Below, piece by piece: positions 1 through 11,237 of a stretch of 64,000 bases of DNA. The stretch lies in the NCBI RefSeq assembly GCF_055900595.2, contig NZ_CM148325.1. One strand, written 5' to 3'. Below the pieces are notes generated by a model. That model made no database searches, was not told where the DNA came from, and was given only the letters and a program-made list of their open reading frames with translations. The translations under genes were made by a program, and so were the position numbers. Every line of letters starts with the position of its first letter. Positions within the stretch are counted from its first letter, which is position 1.

Positions 1-966
1 CAGCGCGGCGAGGAGCAGGTTGGTGTAGTAGTAAATTTTGACGGTATCGAAACGTCGCGTTAACGGGCTGACAATCACCGAGCCGATAATGGAGGCGAAG
101 GTGACCATAGTGAAGAACAGCGACGTGTAGCCCGTACTGCCTTGTAAGACGTAGGTAATGAAGTACATATACCCACCGCCGCGAATATTAAAGACGTTAA
201 TCAGCAGGAAAGACATGACCAGCATCAGCAGCAGTTGGTCGTTGTTTCGCAGCCCGGCAAGATGTTCGCGCAGGGTAAATTTCCCCATTGTGGAGAGTGG
301 CACCCGTTCACGAACCCAGAAGAAACAGCACAGGAACATCACCACAGCGATGGCGCACAGCACGCCGACGCCCAGTTGATAGCCGCGCGCGGCATTACCC
401 TGACCGAAGAGATCTACCATCCACGGCAAGCCAACCGAAACCAGAAATCCTGCCACGCCGCAGAGAACGAATCGCCAGGACTGGCAGGAGATCACTTCAT
501 TGTGGCGGGTGGTCATGGTGTTGATCAGCGCGCAGTACGGCACGTTGATGGCGGTATAACCGACTGAAAGGAGCAGGTAAGTGCCGAACGCCCAGGCGAT
601 TTTTACTCCCATGCTGGCATCTGGCACGGTGAACGTCAGGATGCCGATAATGCCGATGGGAATGGCAATCCACAACTGCCACGGACGAAAGCGCCCCCAG
701 CGACTTTGCGTCCGGTCGGCAATGACGCCCATCACCGGGTCGGAGATGGCATCAAACACGCGCAGTGCAATAAACATCGTGCCGACCAGCGCCGGAGTTA
801 AGCCAAAAACGTCGGTGTAGAAAAAGGTGAGAAAGTTCATGATCAGGCAAGTTATTACGGTGCCGCCTGCGTCACCCAGGCCGTAGCCTATTTTTTCCCG
901 TACAGATAACGCATCGTCAATTTTACCTTTAGCGATATCAGCGGTAGTAATCGGTGTAGAGGTCAT
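1..966 (-). CDS. GPH-family (glycoside-pentoside-hexuronide) sugar:cation symporter, N-terminal ~322 aa; gene continues beyond window start
   Basis: Reverse-strand translation from ATG at 966 (GAGGA Shine-Dalgarno upstream) gives [15 protein letters not shown]...[13 protein letters not shown]... and the GPH signature ...[25 protein letters not shown]...; hydrophobic throughout. No stop within window. Family call from motif knowledge. Confidence 0.6.
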   Translation of the reverse strand, partial: MTSTPITTADIAKGKIDDALSVREKIGYGLGDAGGTVITCLIMNFLTFFYTDVFGLTPALVGTMFIALRVFDAISDPVMGVIADRTQSRWGRFRPWQLWIAIPIGIIGILTFTVPDASMGVKIAWAFGTYLLLSVGYTAINVPYCALINTMTTRHNEVISCQSWRFVLCGVAGFLVSVGLPWMVDLFGQGNAARGYQLGVGVLCAIAVVMFLCCFFWVRERVPLSTMGKFTLREHLAGLRNNDQLLLMLVMSFLLINVFNIRGGGYMYFITYVLQGSTGYTSLFFTMVTFASIIGSVIVSPLTRRFDTVKIYYYTNLLLAAL

Positions 967-1191
967 AGATATTCCTCGTGAATAGGGAGCAATTTTTAGT
1001 TTTATTGAAATGACATGATTAATTCTGCCGTGAACGGGAATATCAACAAGGCGAGAAAAGAGTAAAAAAAGGTGACGATTCCGACCTGAATTTAAAAGTG
1101 TGAATTGGATCAGGTGAAATTAATGTTTTTGATTAATAATCAAAAGGTAATGTGTTTAATCATTAATGAATAAGCGGGAAATTACATATCA

Positions 1192-2007
1192 ATGCTCGAA
1201 TTATCCATGACGTTACCGATTAAAGTGCAAAATGGTGGATTATTTATTTCCCGTGGCGTAGGGAGGCATCCGGCAAGGCGGCTGGAGTCATGGGAAATTA
1301 TCTTTGTCGAAAAAGGTCGATTAGCGATTCAGGAAGAAGAGCGGATATTTCTGGTCGATGCGGGAGAGAGTTTATTACTCTGGCCGAACCGACAGCATGT
1401 TGGGGTAGAGGATTTTCCCGCCGATCTCAAATTTTACTGGCTGCATTTTGAGGTTAAAGCGCCGGATAGCGACCCGCGCTGGCTCACTCATCTTAGCGTG
1501 CCGCAACAAACGAAGGTTGCCGATCCGCAGGCGCTGGTGGCCCTGTTTCGCCAGTTCTTAAGCGAACAGGAAAAGCATCAACGCACTCCGGCGCTGGAGT
1601 TTATTGTGCTGCTGATTTTGCAGCAACTCACCCGTGACGCGCGTCTTGATGAACAGGCCGATGCCGCAGGTACCACGCTTGCCTGGAAAGCGCAGAAACT
1701 GATCCGCACGCAATATCATCGCCCGCTTTCCACGGCGCTTTTAGCCCGCGAGCTGTACTGCAATGCCGATTATCTTGGGCGCGTCTATCGGCGGGTGTTT
1801 CATCTGACGCTTACAGAAGCAATCCACCGCCAGCGGGTGCGCGAAGCCGAAAAGCTGTTAATTAGCGACGCGCGCTCGCTCACGGAAGTGGCGGCGTTGT
1901 GCGGGTTTAATGACGTTGGCTATTTCCGACAGATTTTTCGCAAACACACCGGATTAACGCCAGCTGCGTGGAAGCGACGTTACAGCAAGGAACATATCAA
2001 TTCGTAG
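1192..2007 (+). CDS. AraC/XylS-family transcriptional regulator, divergent from the symporter
   Basis: 271-aa ORF; C-terminal part has the AraC-type helix-turn-helix pattern (...ARELYCNADYLGRVYRRVFHLTLTEAIHRQRVREAEKLL...GFNDVGYFRQIFRKHTGLTPAAWKRR). Start codon uncertain (1192 or 1207). Confidence 0.6.
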   Translation: MLELSMTLPIKVQNGGLFISRGVGRHPARRLESWEIIFVEKGRLAIQEEERIFLVDAGESLLLWPNRQHVGVEDFPADLKFYWLHFEVKAPDSDPRWLTHLSVPQQTKVADPQALVALFRQFLSEQEKHQRTPALEFIVLLILQQLTRDARLDEQADAAGTTLAWKAQKLIRTQYHRPLSTALLARELYCNADYLGRVYRRVFHLTLTEAIHRQRVREAEKLLISDARSLTEVAALCGFNDVGYFRQIFRKHTGLTPAAWKRRYSKEHINS

Positions 2008-2010
2008 TGT

Positions 2011-2028
2011 CGGGGCAATGAAGCCCCG
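2011..2028. terminator. GC-rich hairpin between convergent AraC-regulator gene and sgbE (likely bidirectional terminator)
   Basis: CGGGGC-AATGAA-GCCCCG perfect inverted repeat directly between two convergent stop codons. Confidence 0.5.
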
Positions 2029-2038
2029 GCGTGAGAGA

Positions 2039-2734
2039 TTACTGCCCGTAATAGGCATTGGCCCCATGCTTACGCAGGTAGTGCTTATCCAGCAGTTCGT
2101 TTTGCATGGCAGGGAGCTGTGGTGCAAGCTGGCGCGAGAACAGGCCCATATAGGCGCACTCTTCCAGCACTACGGCATTATGCACGGCATCGGCGGCGTT
2201 TTTTCCCCAGGCGAACGGGCCGTGAGAATGCACCAGTACCGCCGGGATTTGTGCCGGGTTCAACCCACGCTCTTCGAAGGTTTTAATGATCACTTCGCCG
2301 GTCTGGTATTCATACTCGCCGTTGATCTCCTCTACGGTCATCTGTCGCGTGCAGGGGATGGCACCATAGAAATAATCGGCGTGCGTGGTGCCCCAGGCGG
2401 GGAGATCCAGCCCGGCCTGTGACCAGATGGTGGCGTGGCGCGAGTGGGTATGCACAATACCGCCAATTTCTGCATAGCGACGATAAAGCGCCAGATGCGT
2501 TGGCGTATCGGACGAGGGCTTTTTGCTACCTTCCACCACCTTGCCGCTGGCTATCTCAACCACCACCATATCGTCGGCGGTCATCACGTCGTACTCGACG
2601 CCGGAAGGTTTGATTACCATCCATTGCCGCGTCTCGTCTACCGCACTGACATTGCCCCAGGTAAACGTCACCAGATGGTGAGCGGGAAGCGCCAGATTTG
2701 CCGCCAGTACGTCGGCTTTCAGTTGTTCTAACAT
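2039..2734 (-). CDS. sgbE: L-ribulose-5-phosphate 4-epimerase (class II aldolase fold)
   Basis: 231-aa [36 protein letters not shown]...; recognised as SgbE; last gene of the yiaK-S operon. Confidence 0.9.
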   Translation of the reverse strand: MLEQLKADVLAANLALPAHHLVTFTWGNVSAVDETRQWMVIKPSGVEYDVMTADDMVVVEIASGKVVEGSKKPSSDTPTHLALYRRYAEIGGIVHTHSRHATIWSQAGLDLPAWGTTHADYFYGAIPCTRQMTVEEINGEYEYQTGEVIIKTFEERGLNPAQIPAVLVHSHGPFAWGKNAADAVHNAVVLEECAYMGLFSRQLAPQLPAMQNELLDKHYLRKHGANAYYGQ

Positions 2735-3588
2735 ATAAATCCGGCCTCCTGCATACGCGCTTCAATCCAGCGCCGCGCCTGAATAATCTCCAGCACCGGC
2801 TCTTTGGCTTTTTCGGTCCACATCTCAATCAGAAATGATCCGCGATAGTTCAGTTCATGCAGCGTTTTGAAGATACCAACGAAATCGACGCAGCCTTCGC
2901 CAAACGGCACGTCGCGGAACTGTCCGGGGCTATGATCGGTCACTGGCTGGGTATCTTTCAGGTGGATGGCGGCGATACGGTCAATGCCCAGTTTCAGTTC
3001 GGCGGGAACATCATTGCCCCACGCGCTAAGGTTGCCGACGTCCGGGTAAACAGTGAACCACGGCGAAGCGAGTATCTCGTCCCATTTTTTCCATTTGCTG
3101 ATGGAGTTCATAAACGCGGTATCCATAATCTCCACCGCCAGCATCACCTGCGCGGCGGCTGCCTGTTCAACCGCCCACGCCAGCCCTTCGGCAAAACGTT
3201 GCTGCGTGCCTTCGTCATGGGCTTCGTAATAGACGTCGTAGCCCGCCAGTTGAATGGTGCGAATACCGAGATCGCGCGCCAGACGAATTGCTTTACTCAT
3301 GATCTCCCGTGCTCGCTGGCGTGCCGCGTCGTCACGGCTACCAAAGGGAAAACGACGATGTGCGGACAGGCACATCGACGGGATCCCAACACCCGTTTCG
3401 ATCATCGCGGCAACCAGCGAAGTCCTTTGTGCGGCGCTCCAGTCAAGGCGCGACAGACGCTCGTCGGTTTCATCCACCGACATTTCGACAAAATCAAAAC
3501 CGCAGCTTTTTGCCAGCACCAGCCGCTCCGGCCAGGAGAGATCTTTCGCCAGCGCTTTTTCATAAATCCCTAACGGATGATTACGCAC
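2728..3588 (-). CDS. sgbU: L-xylulose-5-phosphate 3-epimerase
   Basis: ORF track gives 2728..3621; the GTG at 3588 preceded by GGGGAGG gives the expected 286-aa product starting (M)[25 protein letters not shown]-barrel sugar-phosphate isomerase pattern. Confidence 0.85.
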   Translation of the reverse strand: MRNHPLGIYEKALAKDLSWPERLVLAKSCGFDFVEMSVDETDERLSRLDWSAAQRTSLVAAMIETGVGIPSMCLSAHRRFPFGSRDDAARQRAREIMSKAIRLARDLGIRTIQLAGYDVYYEAHDEGTQQRFAEGLAWAVEQAAAAQVMLAVEIMDTAFMNSISKWKKWDEILASPWFTVYPDVGNLSAWGNDVPAELKLGIDRIAAIHLKDTQPVTDHSPGQFRDVPFGEGCVDFVGIFKTLHELNYRGSFLIEMWTEKAKEPVLEIIQARRWIEARMQEAGFIC

Positions 3589-4243
3589 GCGCGCCTCCCC
3601 AGATAGCGTCGATTTGCGCATGGAAGTCGGCAGCTACCTGTGCCGGATTTGCTGCGCCTGCCAGTGCTCGTCCGGCAATAAATGCCTTCACGCGGATATC
3701 TTTAAACAGCGGCAGGTCAGCAGGCGTAATCCCGCCGGTAATGGAAAGCTCAAGGCCGATATCGGAAAGCGCCTTCATGCGTGCCAGATCGGCTTCGCCC
3801 CACTGTTGCCCGCTGGCCTGCGCGTCACGACCACGATGATAAATCGCCTGCCGCACGCCAATACGATGCCAGTCGCGGGCGTCGTCCAGCGTCCAGTTAC
3901 CAAAAAGCTCTATCTGGATTTCACCACCGCAGCGTTGCGCCATAGCGTGGCCTTTTTCCACCGTCGCGAGCGGTGCGGCGCAGATGATGGTCATCCAGTT
4001 AGCGCCTGCGCCAAACGCCTGTTGCGCGAGCGTTTCACCAGCATCGGCGACCTTCCAGTCAGCAACGATGATTTTGTCCGGGCACTGTTCGCGCAAGGCT
4101 TTCACCGCGCCAAGCCCTTCGTTTAAACAGAGAATAGTGCCTGCTTCGACGATATCGACGCTGTCTTTTAACAGCGCAACGTCGCGCTGTGCGGCTTCAA
4201 GTGATGAGTGGTCGAGGGCCAGTTGCAGAAGTGGTCTGCTCAT
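3581..4243 (-). CDS. sgbH: 3-keto-L-gulonate-6-phosphate decarboxylase
   Basis: 220-aa [39 protein letters not shown]...; overlaps sgbU start by 8 bp. Confidence 0.9.
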   Translation of the reverse strand: MSRPLLQLALDHSSLEAAQRDVALLKDSVDIVEAGTILCLNEGLGAVKALREQCPDKIIVADWKVADAGETLAQQAFGAGANWMTIICAAPLATVEKGHAMAQRCGGEIQIELFGNWTLDDARDWHRIGVRQAIYHRGRDAQASGQQWGEADLARMKALSDIGLELSITGGITPADLPLFKDIRVKAFIAGRALAGAANPAQVAADFHAQIDAIWGGARA

Positions 4244-5736
4244 AATGTGTTCTCCTTAACGCGGGCATGAAAGCCCTGTAGTGCGGCAATGAGGTGCTGA
4301 TAGCGTTGGTATTTTTGTTGGTAAAGCTGATGGGCGGTCATATCCGGTAACAGGGTACGCACCGGGTGCTGTTGATCGCGCTGGGCTTCGCTGAAATCGC
4401 GATAAACTCCGGTGCCGACGCGGGCGGCAAGCGCCGCGCCAAAACAGCCCGTTTCTTGCACCTGCGGCAGTTCGATACGCAGTCCGCTAACGTCCGCCAG
4501 CATTTGCATCCAGACATCGGAGTGCGCCGGGCCGCCAGTGACGCGCAGGGTGTGCACATCAGTAAAACGTTCGCGCATCCGGTTGAGGTGGGTCATATGG
4601 CTGAACACCACGCCTTCATAAATGGCCTGCAACAGGTGTGCGCGGGTGTGAATGGCCTGCATCCCGTAGAAACCGCTGGTCATCTCGAGTCCGGCGTTGC
4701 TGCCGTACAGGAACGGCAGGAAAAAGAGATCGCCACCGGCTTTCGGTAAGCTGGCAACAGCCTGGTTGATCTCTGCAAACGAGATTTCTCCCCACTGCGC
4801 GGTAAACCATTCGAGATTGCCGGAAGAGGTAGGGCTGGCTTCGTGAACGATAAATTCACCGTCGTTAACGTAGCGGCCATAGACATACGGATGCGCTTCA
4901 CCGCCACCTAAACCGCTGGTTATGCCGCTGGTCACCGCCCAGGTCCCCATCACCGCATTGAGGGTAAATTCGTCTTCGATTCCGGCGCAGAGTGCGGTAG
5001 AAACCACATCAAACAGGCCGCCGACAACGGGCGTACCCGCTTTCAGACCGGTCAGTGCGGCTGTCTGAGCGGTGATTTCCCCGCAGATTTCGGCAGATCC
5101 AACAACAGGCGGCAGGGCGTGATTGATTTCACTGATCCCCAGCCAGTCGGTGAGGCACGGGTCATATTCCCCGCGACTCATGTTGTAGAGATTGGATTCG
5201 GAAATATTGCTCTCTTCGCAGCCTTTGACACCGGTTAAACACCAGCGCAGGTAGTCGTGCGTCATCATCACGCAGCCAATTTGCGCGTAGCGTTCTGGTT
5301 CGTGCTCTTTCAGCCAGCGTAACAGCGACACCGGATGCCCGGTCCACAAGGTTTGTCGGGTCAGCGGGTAGAGTTTTTCCGGGATGCCATCTTCCTGCCA
5401 GCGACGAACGATTTCCATCGCCCGGCGGTCCGAGGACAAAATAGCATTCCCGAGCGGCTTGTCGTTTTTATCCAGCAAAAACAAGCCCTTTCCCTGTGCG
5501 GAGATACCGATACCGACAATTTGTTCCCCGCTAACACCAGAATGAGTAAGCAGGGCGCGAATGACAGCCATGCAGCATTGCCACAGTTCTGCCATATCGC
5601 GCTCTGCCCAGCCTGGCTGCGGGCTTAATGCGCACAGCGGCAGGCGCTGCACGCCTGCCTCCCGTCCTTCGCGGTCATACAGCCCGGCTTTCAGCCAGCT
5701 ACCGCCACAATCTAACCCCAGCCAGTATTGCGTCAT
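4240..5736 (-). CDS. lyxK: L-xylulose / 3-keto-L-gulonate kinase (FGGY family)
   Basis: 498-aa ORF MTQYWLGLDCGGSWLKAGLYD...; FGGY sugar-kinase N-terminus; 4-bp overlap with sgbH. Confidence 0.9.
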   Translation of the reverse strand: MTQYWLGLDCGGSWLKAGLYDREGREAGVQRLPLCALSPQPGWAERDMAELWQCCMAVIRALLTHSGVSGEQIVGIGISAQGKGLFLLDKNDKPLGNAILSSDRRAMEIVRRWQEDGIPEKLYPLTRQTLWTGHPVSLLRWLKEHEPERYAQIGCVMMTHDYLRWCLTGVKGCEESNISESNLYNMSRGEYDPCLTDWLGISEINHALPPVVGSAEICGEITAQTAALTGLKAGTPVVGGLFDVVSTALCAGIEDEFTLNAVMGTWAVTSGITSGLGGGEAHPYVYGRYVNDGEFIVHEASPTSSGNLEWFTAQWGEISFAEINQAVASLPKAGGDLFFLPFLYGSNAGLEMTSGFYGMQAIHTRAHLLQAIYEGVVFSHMTHLNRMRERFTDVHTLRVTGGPAHSDVWMQMLADVSGLRIELPQVQETGCFGAALAARVGTGVYRDFSEAQRDQQHPVRTLLPDMTAHQLYQQKYQRYQHLIAALQGFHARVKENTL

Positions 5737-5739
5737 GGT

Positions 5740-6726
5740 TTATTGCACCTCATCCACGGCTTTCAGCAGCTCAGCGCCCTGCGGAACATCTTTAACAAAC
5801 ATGTCGCGGACCTGAGTACCCAGTGCGTCGCTAAAGGCTTTGCGGTCGAGATCGGTGATGACTTCCACGCCAGCGTCTTTCATGCCGTCGATGATTTTTT
5901 GCTGATTTTCGGCGACCAATTTGCGCTGGTAATTACCCGCTTCTTGCGCAGATGAAATTAGCGCTTGCTGGAACTCCGGGCTTAAGCCATCAAATTTCGC
6001 TTTGTTGATCACTACCAGAAGCGGGGAATAGGCATGGTGAGTCAGAGATAGGTACTTCTGCACTTCATAAAATTTTGCCGACCAGACGACGTTGATGGGA
6101 TGTTCCTGAGCGTCGATAGTGCGTGTTTCCAGTCCGGTATAGACTTCGGCAAACGGCATCGGGATAGGGTTAGCGCCAAATACTTTAAATGCGGCGATAT
6201 TCATCGGGCTGTTGTTGGTGCGGATTTTCAGCCCTTTCAGGTCGCCAGGCGTTTTAACCGGTTGGCGTGAGTTGGTGACATCGCGCCAGCCGTTTTCCCA
6301 GTAGGCCAGTACTTTCAGTCCCTTACCTTCAAGGGAGGCCTTAAGTTCATCGCCGACTTTGCCGTCGAGTGTTTTATGCGCGTGGGCGGTATCGCGGAAC
6401 AGGAAAGGAACATCAAGCAGGTTCATCACAGGTGATAATCCGGCAAAGTTATTCGAGCCAGACATCTCCATATCAATAGTGCCGCCACGCACGCCACTGA
6501 TCATCGCTTGTGCGTTACCGAGAGTACTGTCCGGGAACAGTTTTAATTTCAGCTCGCCTTTGGTTCTCTCCTGCAATAAATCATTAAATTTTTTCGCCGC
6601 AATATGTTGAGAGTCGGTTTGCGATGTTTCATAACCGAAACGTAATGATTGTGTCGCCAGTGAAGATGTACTGAATGCAGCCAGGCCAGCAATGAATAAT
6701 GCGTAGGTTACAGAACGTAATTTCAT
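5740..6726 (-). CDS. yiaO: TRAP transporter periplasmic solute-binding protein (2,3-diketo-L-gulonate)
   Basis: 328-aa ORF with signal peptide MKLRSVTYALFIAGLAAFSTSSLA; DctP-family features. Confidence 0.9.
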   Translation of the reverse strand: MKLRSVTYALFIAGLAAFSTSSLATQSLRFGYETSQTDSQHIAAKKFNDLLQERTKGELKLKLFPDSTLGNAQAMISGVRGGTIDMEMSGSNNFAGLSPVMNLLDVPFLFRDTAHAHKTLDGKVGDELKASLEGKGLKVLAYWENGWRDVTNSRQPVKTPGDLKGLKIRTNNSPMNIAAFKVFGANPIPMPFAEVYTGLETRTIDAQEHPINVVWSAKFYEVQKYLSLTHHAYSPLLVVINKAKFDGLSPEFQQALISSAQEAGNYQRKLVAENQQKIIDGMKDAGVEVITDLDRKAFSDALGTQVRDMFVKDVPQGAELLKAVDEVQ

Positions 6727-6738
6727 AATATTTTCCTT

Positions 6739-8016
6739 TTAATTAATCCATTTCAACGGGAGGATGATGAGATCGGGAATAAAAACAAATAAGGCTAATA
6801 AGGAATATAAAACCAGGACGTAAGGGAAAACGCCTCTGACTGCATCATCGAATTTGAGTTTAGCCACCCCTGAAATAACGTTAAGCACATTACCGATAGG
6901 CGGTGTAATTAAGCCGATTGAGCAGTTGATGATAAACATGACACCGAAATAAATCGGATCGATTCCTGCCTCTTTAACTAAAGGCATTAATACCGGGGTA
7001 AGAATTAACACCGTCGGCGTTAAATCCATGACCATGCCGACAATCAGGATAGCCACCATAATGACGATAAACAGCAGACGCGGTGAATCGACCAACGGTT
7101 GCAGTAAATCAGAAACCATCATCGGCAATTCAGCAATGGTAATCAGCCAGGCAGAAACTTGTGCCGAGGCCACCAGAAACATCACCACTGAGGTCGTTTT
7201 CGCTGCGCCAATAAGTACATGCCAAAGTGTGGCGAAGGTCATTTCACGGTAAATAACTGTGGCGACAAACAACGCATAGAAAGCAGCAACGGCCCCGGCT
7301 TCGGTAGGGGTAAACAGACCGGAGCGAAAGCCGCCAATAATAATGACCGGAAGAAATAGCGCCCAGATACCGGAAACAAAAGAGTGCCAGATTTCTCGTT
7401 TCGTTGCTTTTTGCTGACGGGGTAAATTAAGACGACTGGCCTGCCACCACCATGTGAGCATCAGCGTTGCGCCCATCATAATGCCTGGGGCAATGCCCGC
7501 CATAAACAACTTACTGATGGATAATCCGCTGGAAACACCGAAGATAATAAACGGAATGGAAGGGGGAATAATTGGCGCGATAATCCCGCCAGAGGCAATC
7601 AGCCCCGCAGCACGGTTGACCGGGTAGTTAGCGCTGCGCATCATCGGCACCAGTAGCGCGGCAACGGCGGCGGTATCCGCAACAGCAGAACCGGAAAGGC
7701 TCGCCATAATCATAGCCGCCAGCACGCCGACGTAGCCCAACCCGCCTGGTTTATGCCCCACCAGTTTCATCGGCAGGTCAACAATGCGTTTTGATAAGCC
7801 GCCCGCATTCATGATTTCACCCGCCAGTACAAAGAACGGAATCGCCAGCAGGGAGAAGCTGTCAGCACCGTTTACCAGCGTTTGCGCCATGATCTGGACA
7901 TCAAACATATCCAGCCAGAACATAAGCGCCGCCCCGCACAACAGTAGCGACCAGGCAATAGGCAAACCGATAGCAATGCCACCCAACAGGCAGCCCAGAA
8001 AAATCAGCACAGCCAT
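6739..8016 (-). CDS. yiaN: TRAP transporter large permease subunit
   Basis: 425-aa highly hydrophobic ORF; DctM-like; operon position. Confidence 0.9.
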   Translation of the reverse strand: MAVLIFLGCLLGGIAIGLPIAWSLLLCGAALMFWLDMFDVQIMAQTLVNGADSFSLLAIPFFVLAGEIMNAGGLSKRIVDLPMKLVGHKPGGLGYVGVLAAMIMASLSGSAVADTAAVAALLVPMMRSANYPVNRAAGLIASGGIIAPIIPPSIPFIIFGVSSGLSISKLFMAGIAPGIMMGATLMLTWWWQASRLNLPRQQKATKREIWHSFVSGIWALFLPVIIIGGFRSGLFTPTEAGAVAAFYALFVATVIYREMTFATLWHVLIGAAKTTSVVMFLVASAQVSAWLITIAELPMMVSDLLQPLVDSPRLLFIVIMVAILIVGMVMDLTPTVLILTPVLMPLVKEAGIDPIYFGVMFIINCSIGLITPPIGNVLNVISGVAKLKFDDAVRGVFPYVLVLYSLLALFVFIPDLIILPLKWIN

Positions 8017-8018
8017 GA

Positions 8019-8492
8019 TTAAGCTCCTTGCGGTGGCGGCGTTAGAGAATTGCTACGCGTGATGAGTTGATATAAAAGGCGCAGCTCAAAGAATGCGATA
8101 ACGAGGCTGGTGGGTAGACAAGCGGCATACATCAGGCCGATGGGCAAGCCGAGGATCGGTGAATAATCGCTCCAGTCCTGAATTGTTTTTAGCGTTGCGC
8201 CCCAGGCCAGTGCGCCACAAATAAATAATATTAAGGAGTGGGTAACCAGAGCGACTCGTCGCTGCCACGCGGGGGAGAGTTTCTCCACCAGAAAGGTAAC
8301 CTGAACGTGGGCGTTATCCATAAAAGCCACAATCGCGCCAATAAAGGTTAACCAGACAAATAAATAACGCGACAATTCATCTACAGATAAAATACTTGTC
8401 TGAAAACCATATCTTAAAATAATGTTTATAAACACAATACAGGAAAGTACGGCGAGATTAATCGCCAGTATTGCTTCAAGTATTTTTTTCAT
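8019..8492 (-). CDS. yiaM: TRAP transporter small permease subunit
   Basis: 157-aa hydrophobic ORF; DctQ-like; immediately upstream of yiaN. Confidence 0.9.
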   Translation of the reverse strand: MKKILEAILAINLAVLSCIVFINIILRYGFQTSILSVDELSRYLFVWLTFIGAIVAFMDNAHVQVTFLVEKLSPAWQRRVALVTHSLILFICGALAWGATLKTIQDWSDYSPILGLPIGLMYAACLPTSLVIAFFELRLLYQLITRSNSLTPPPQGA

Positions 8493-8609
8493 AGCTATTC
8501 CTTGAGGCTATGTTTGTCATAATTCAAGTTGCATGTGCAGCAACCTGAATTATTAATATAGTTAGAGCAATAACATTACCCAGGCGTTCTGGCGTAGACG
8601 ATTATTCGA

Positions 8610-9080
<471 letters not shown>

Positions 9081-9088
9081 TTATCTCC

Positions 9089-10087
9089 TTATAACGCCTG
9101 GATTTTTGCCCATACGCTGTCATCAACGGTAATACCGTTACGGCGGTTTTCTGCCAGCAGGGTGGTAAATTCGTGGCCGGGTAAGCGGATGGCCTGGTTT
9201 TCGTCAGCGCGTTCAGCGGTAGTAACGTAATCCATGATGCGTTGCAGCTTGGCATCGCGGGTGGGGCCGTCGATCAATTTATCCACTTCGATGGCGATAA
9301 AGATTTGCGAAACACCGTATTCGTCGCTGTTATCCTGGGTGACTTCAGCAACTGACGCGCCGTCAGAAAGAAGAGTAGCGATCATATCCAATACGATCGA
9401 CATACCGGAACCTTTCCAATAGCCCATCGGCAAAATTCGACGATTTTTCTCGATAACGCCAGGTTCTTTGGTCAAATTGCCCTCATCATCAAAGCCACCA
9501 TCGACCGGGAGCTGACGGCCCGCCAGGCGGTTAACTTCTAACATGCCATAAGAGAACATCGACATCGACATATCGACCATGGTGATTGGGGTAGAAGGAA
9601 TGGCGACGATCAGCGGGTTGGTGCCGATGCGACACTCTTTTGCGCCCCACGGCGGCATTACGGCGATGGAGTTGGTCCAGCAAATGCCAATATAGCCTTT
9701 TTCCGCCGCCTGCCAGCCGTAGCTGCCGCCGCGCATCCAGTGGTTGGCATTACGTAGAGCCACCAGACCAATACCGTGATCGGCAGCCAGTTCGATGGCG
9801 CGATCCATCATCTTTTTCGCTGTCAGGTTACCGATCGAACGCTGGGCGTCCCACTGTTCAATTGCGCCGAGGCTGGTTATACGTTTGGGTTGGGCATCAG
9901 GAATGATATCGCCGTTTTCCAGTTGTTGAATGAAACGAGGGAAACGGTTGACGCCGTGAGAATAAACGCCGGATTCGGTGGTGCGGGCGAACATTTCGGC
10001 ACAGGCATCAGCCGTTTCGCTGTCAACGCCGCGTGAAATTAAGACTCGATTAAAGGCTGCTTTTAACTGCTCAAATGTCACTTTCAT
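9089..10087 (-). CDS. yiaK: 2,3-diketo-L-gulonate reductase
   Basis: 332-aa [52 protein letters not shown]...; first gene of operon. Confidence 0.9.
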   Translation of the reverse strand: MKVTFEQLKAAFNRVLISRGVDSETADACAEMFARTTESGVYSHGVNRFPRFIQQLENGDIIPDAQPKRITSLGAIEQWDAQRSIGNLTAKKMMDRAIELAADHGIGLVALRNANHWMRGGSYGWQAAEKGYIGICWTNSIAVMPPWGAKECRIGTNPLIVAIPSTPITMVDMSMSMFSYGMLEVNRLAGRQLPVDGGFDDEGNLTKEPGVIEKNRRILPMGYWKGSGMSIVLDMIATLLSDGASVAEVTQDNSDEYGVSQIFIAIEVDKLIDGPTRDAKLQRIMDYVTTAERADENQAIRLPGHEFTTLLAENRRNGITVDDSVWAKIQAL

Positions 10088-10287
10088 CCCTGGCTTCCTT
10101 GTTTTTTTGATCGCTTTTTTGGCTTAAAATTTCAATATGCGAAATCTGATTTCAAATATATCGATCGCTTTTTAACAAAGCAATCTGATTGATGAATTTC
10201 AAAAAACTTAAAAATCAAGTGGTTATAAATTATCTGTCGAGATCGTGAACTACGACACACTTTGCGCTACCATCAGGACGCGACAAA
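10088..10287. promoter_or_regulatory. Divergent yiaK / yiaJ promoter-operator region
   Basis: AT-rich 200-bp gap between divergent start codons; YiaJ repressor and CRP control is established for K-12; individual sites not resolved here. Confidence 0.4.
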
Positions 10288-11136
10288 ATGGGGAAAGAAG
10301 TGATGGGAAAAAAAGAGAACGAGATGGCGCAGGAAAAAGAGCGTCCAGCCGGAAGCCAGAGTCTGTTTCGCGGGTTGATGCTGATTGAGATTTTGAGCAA
10401 CTATCCAAACGGTTGTCCGTTGGCGCATCTTTCGGAGCTGGCTGGTTTAAATAAGAGTACCGTCCATCGCTTATTGCAGGGATTACAATCCTGCGGCTAT
10501 GTGACCACCGCGCCCGCCGCAGGGAGTTACCGCCTGACTACCAAATTTATTGCCGTCGGGCAGAAGGCGCTGTCTTCGCTGAATATCATTCATATCGCCG
10601 CTCCGCATCTTGAGGCACTGAACATCGCCACTGGTGAAACCATTAACTTCTCCAGCCGCGAAGACGATCACGCTATTTTGATTTATAAGCTGGAACCCAC
10701 GACCGGGATGCTGCGAACCCGAGCTTATATAGGCCAGCATATGCCGCTCTACTGTTCCGCAATGGGCAAGATCTACATGGCGTTTGGTCACCCGGACTAC
10801 GTGAAGTCATACTGGGAAAGCCATCAGCATGAGATCCAGCCGTTAACCCGCAATACCATTACCGAGCTGCCCGCGATGTTCGACGAACTGGCGCACATTC
10901 GTGAAAGCGGAGCGGCGATGGACAGAGAAGAAAACGAACTCGGCGTCTCCTGTATTGCTGTTCCGGTGTTTGATATTCATGGGCGGGTGCCGTACGCCGT
11001 GTCGATTTCTCTTTCGACATCACGTCTGAAACAGGTGGGGGAGAAAAATCTCCTGAAACCACTGCGTGAAACCGCGCAGGCTATTTCTAATGAACTGGGA
11101 TTTACTGTCAGGGACGACCAGGGCGCGATCACATAA
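10288..11136 (+). CDS. yiaJ: IclR-family transcriptional repressor of the yiaK-S operon
   Basis: 282-aa ORF with IclR-type HTH (...LSELAGLNKSTVHRLLQGLQSCGYV...). Confidence 0.9.
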   Translation: MGKEVMGKKENEMAQEKERPAGSQSLFRGLMLIEILSNYPNGCPLAHLSELAGLNKSTVHRLLQGLQSCGYVTTAPAAGSYRLTTKFIAVGQKALSSLNIIHIAAPHLEALNIATGETINFSSREDDHAILIYKLEPTTGMLRTRAYIGQHMPLYCSAMGKIYMAFGHPDYVKSYWESHQHEIQPLTRNTITELPAMFDELAHIRESGAAMDREENELGVSCIAVPVFDIHGRVPYAVSISLSTSRLKQVGEKNLLKPLRETAQAISNELGFTVRDDQGAIT

Positions 11137-11237
11137 CGCTCTGGACAAGTGCCAAAACTTTAACATTTCCTTCGTTGGATCAAAGCAGTAGAGACGCGCT
11201 CTCTGGCACTCTGCTGTTTTAGTGCAAAGGAGTGATC

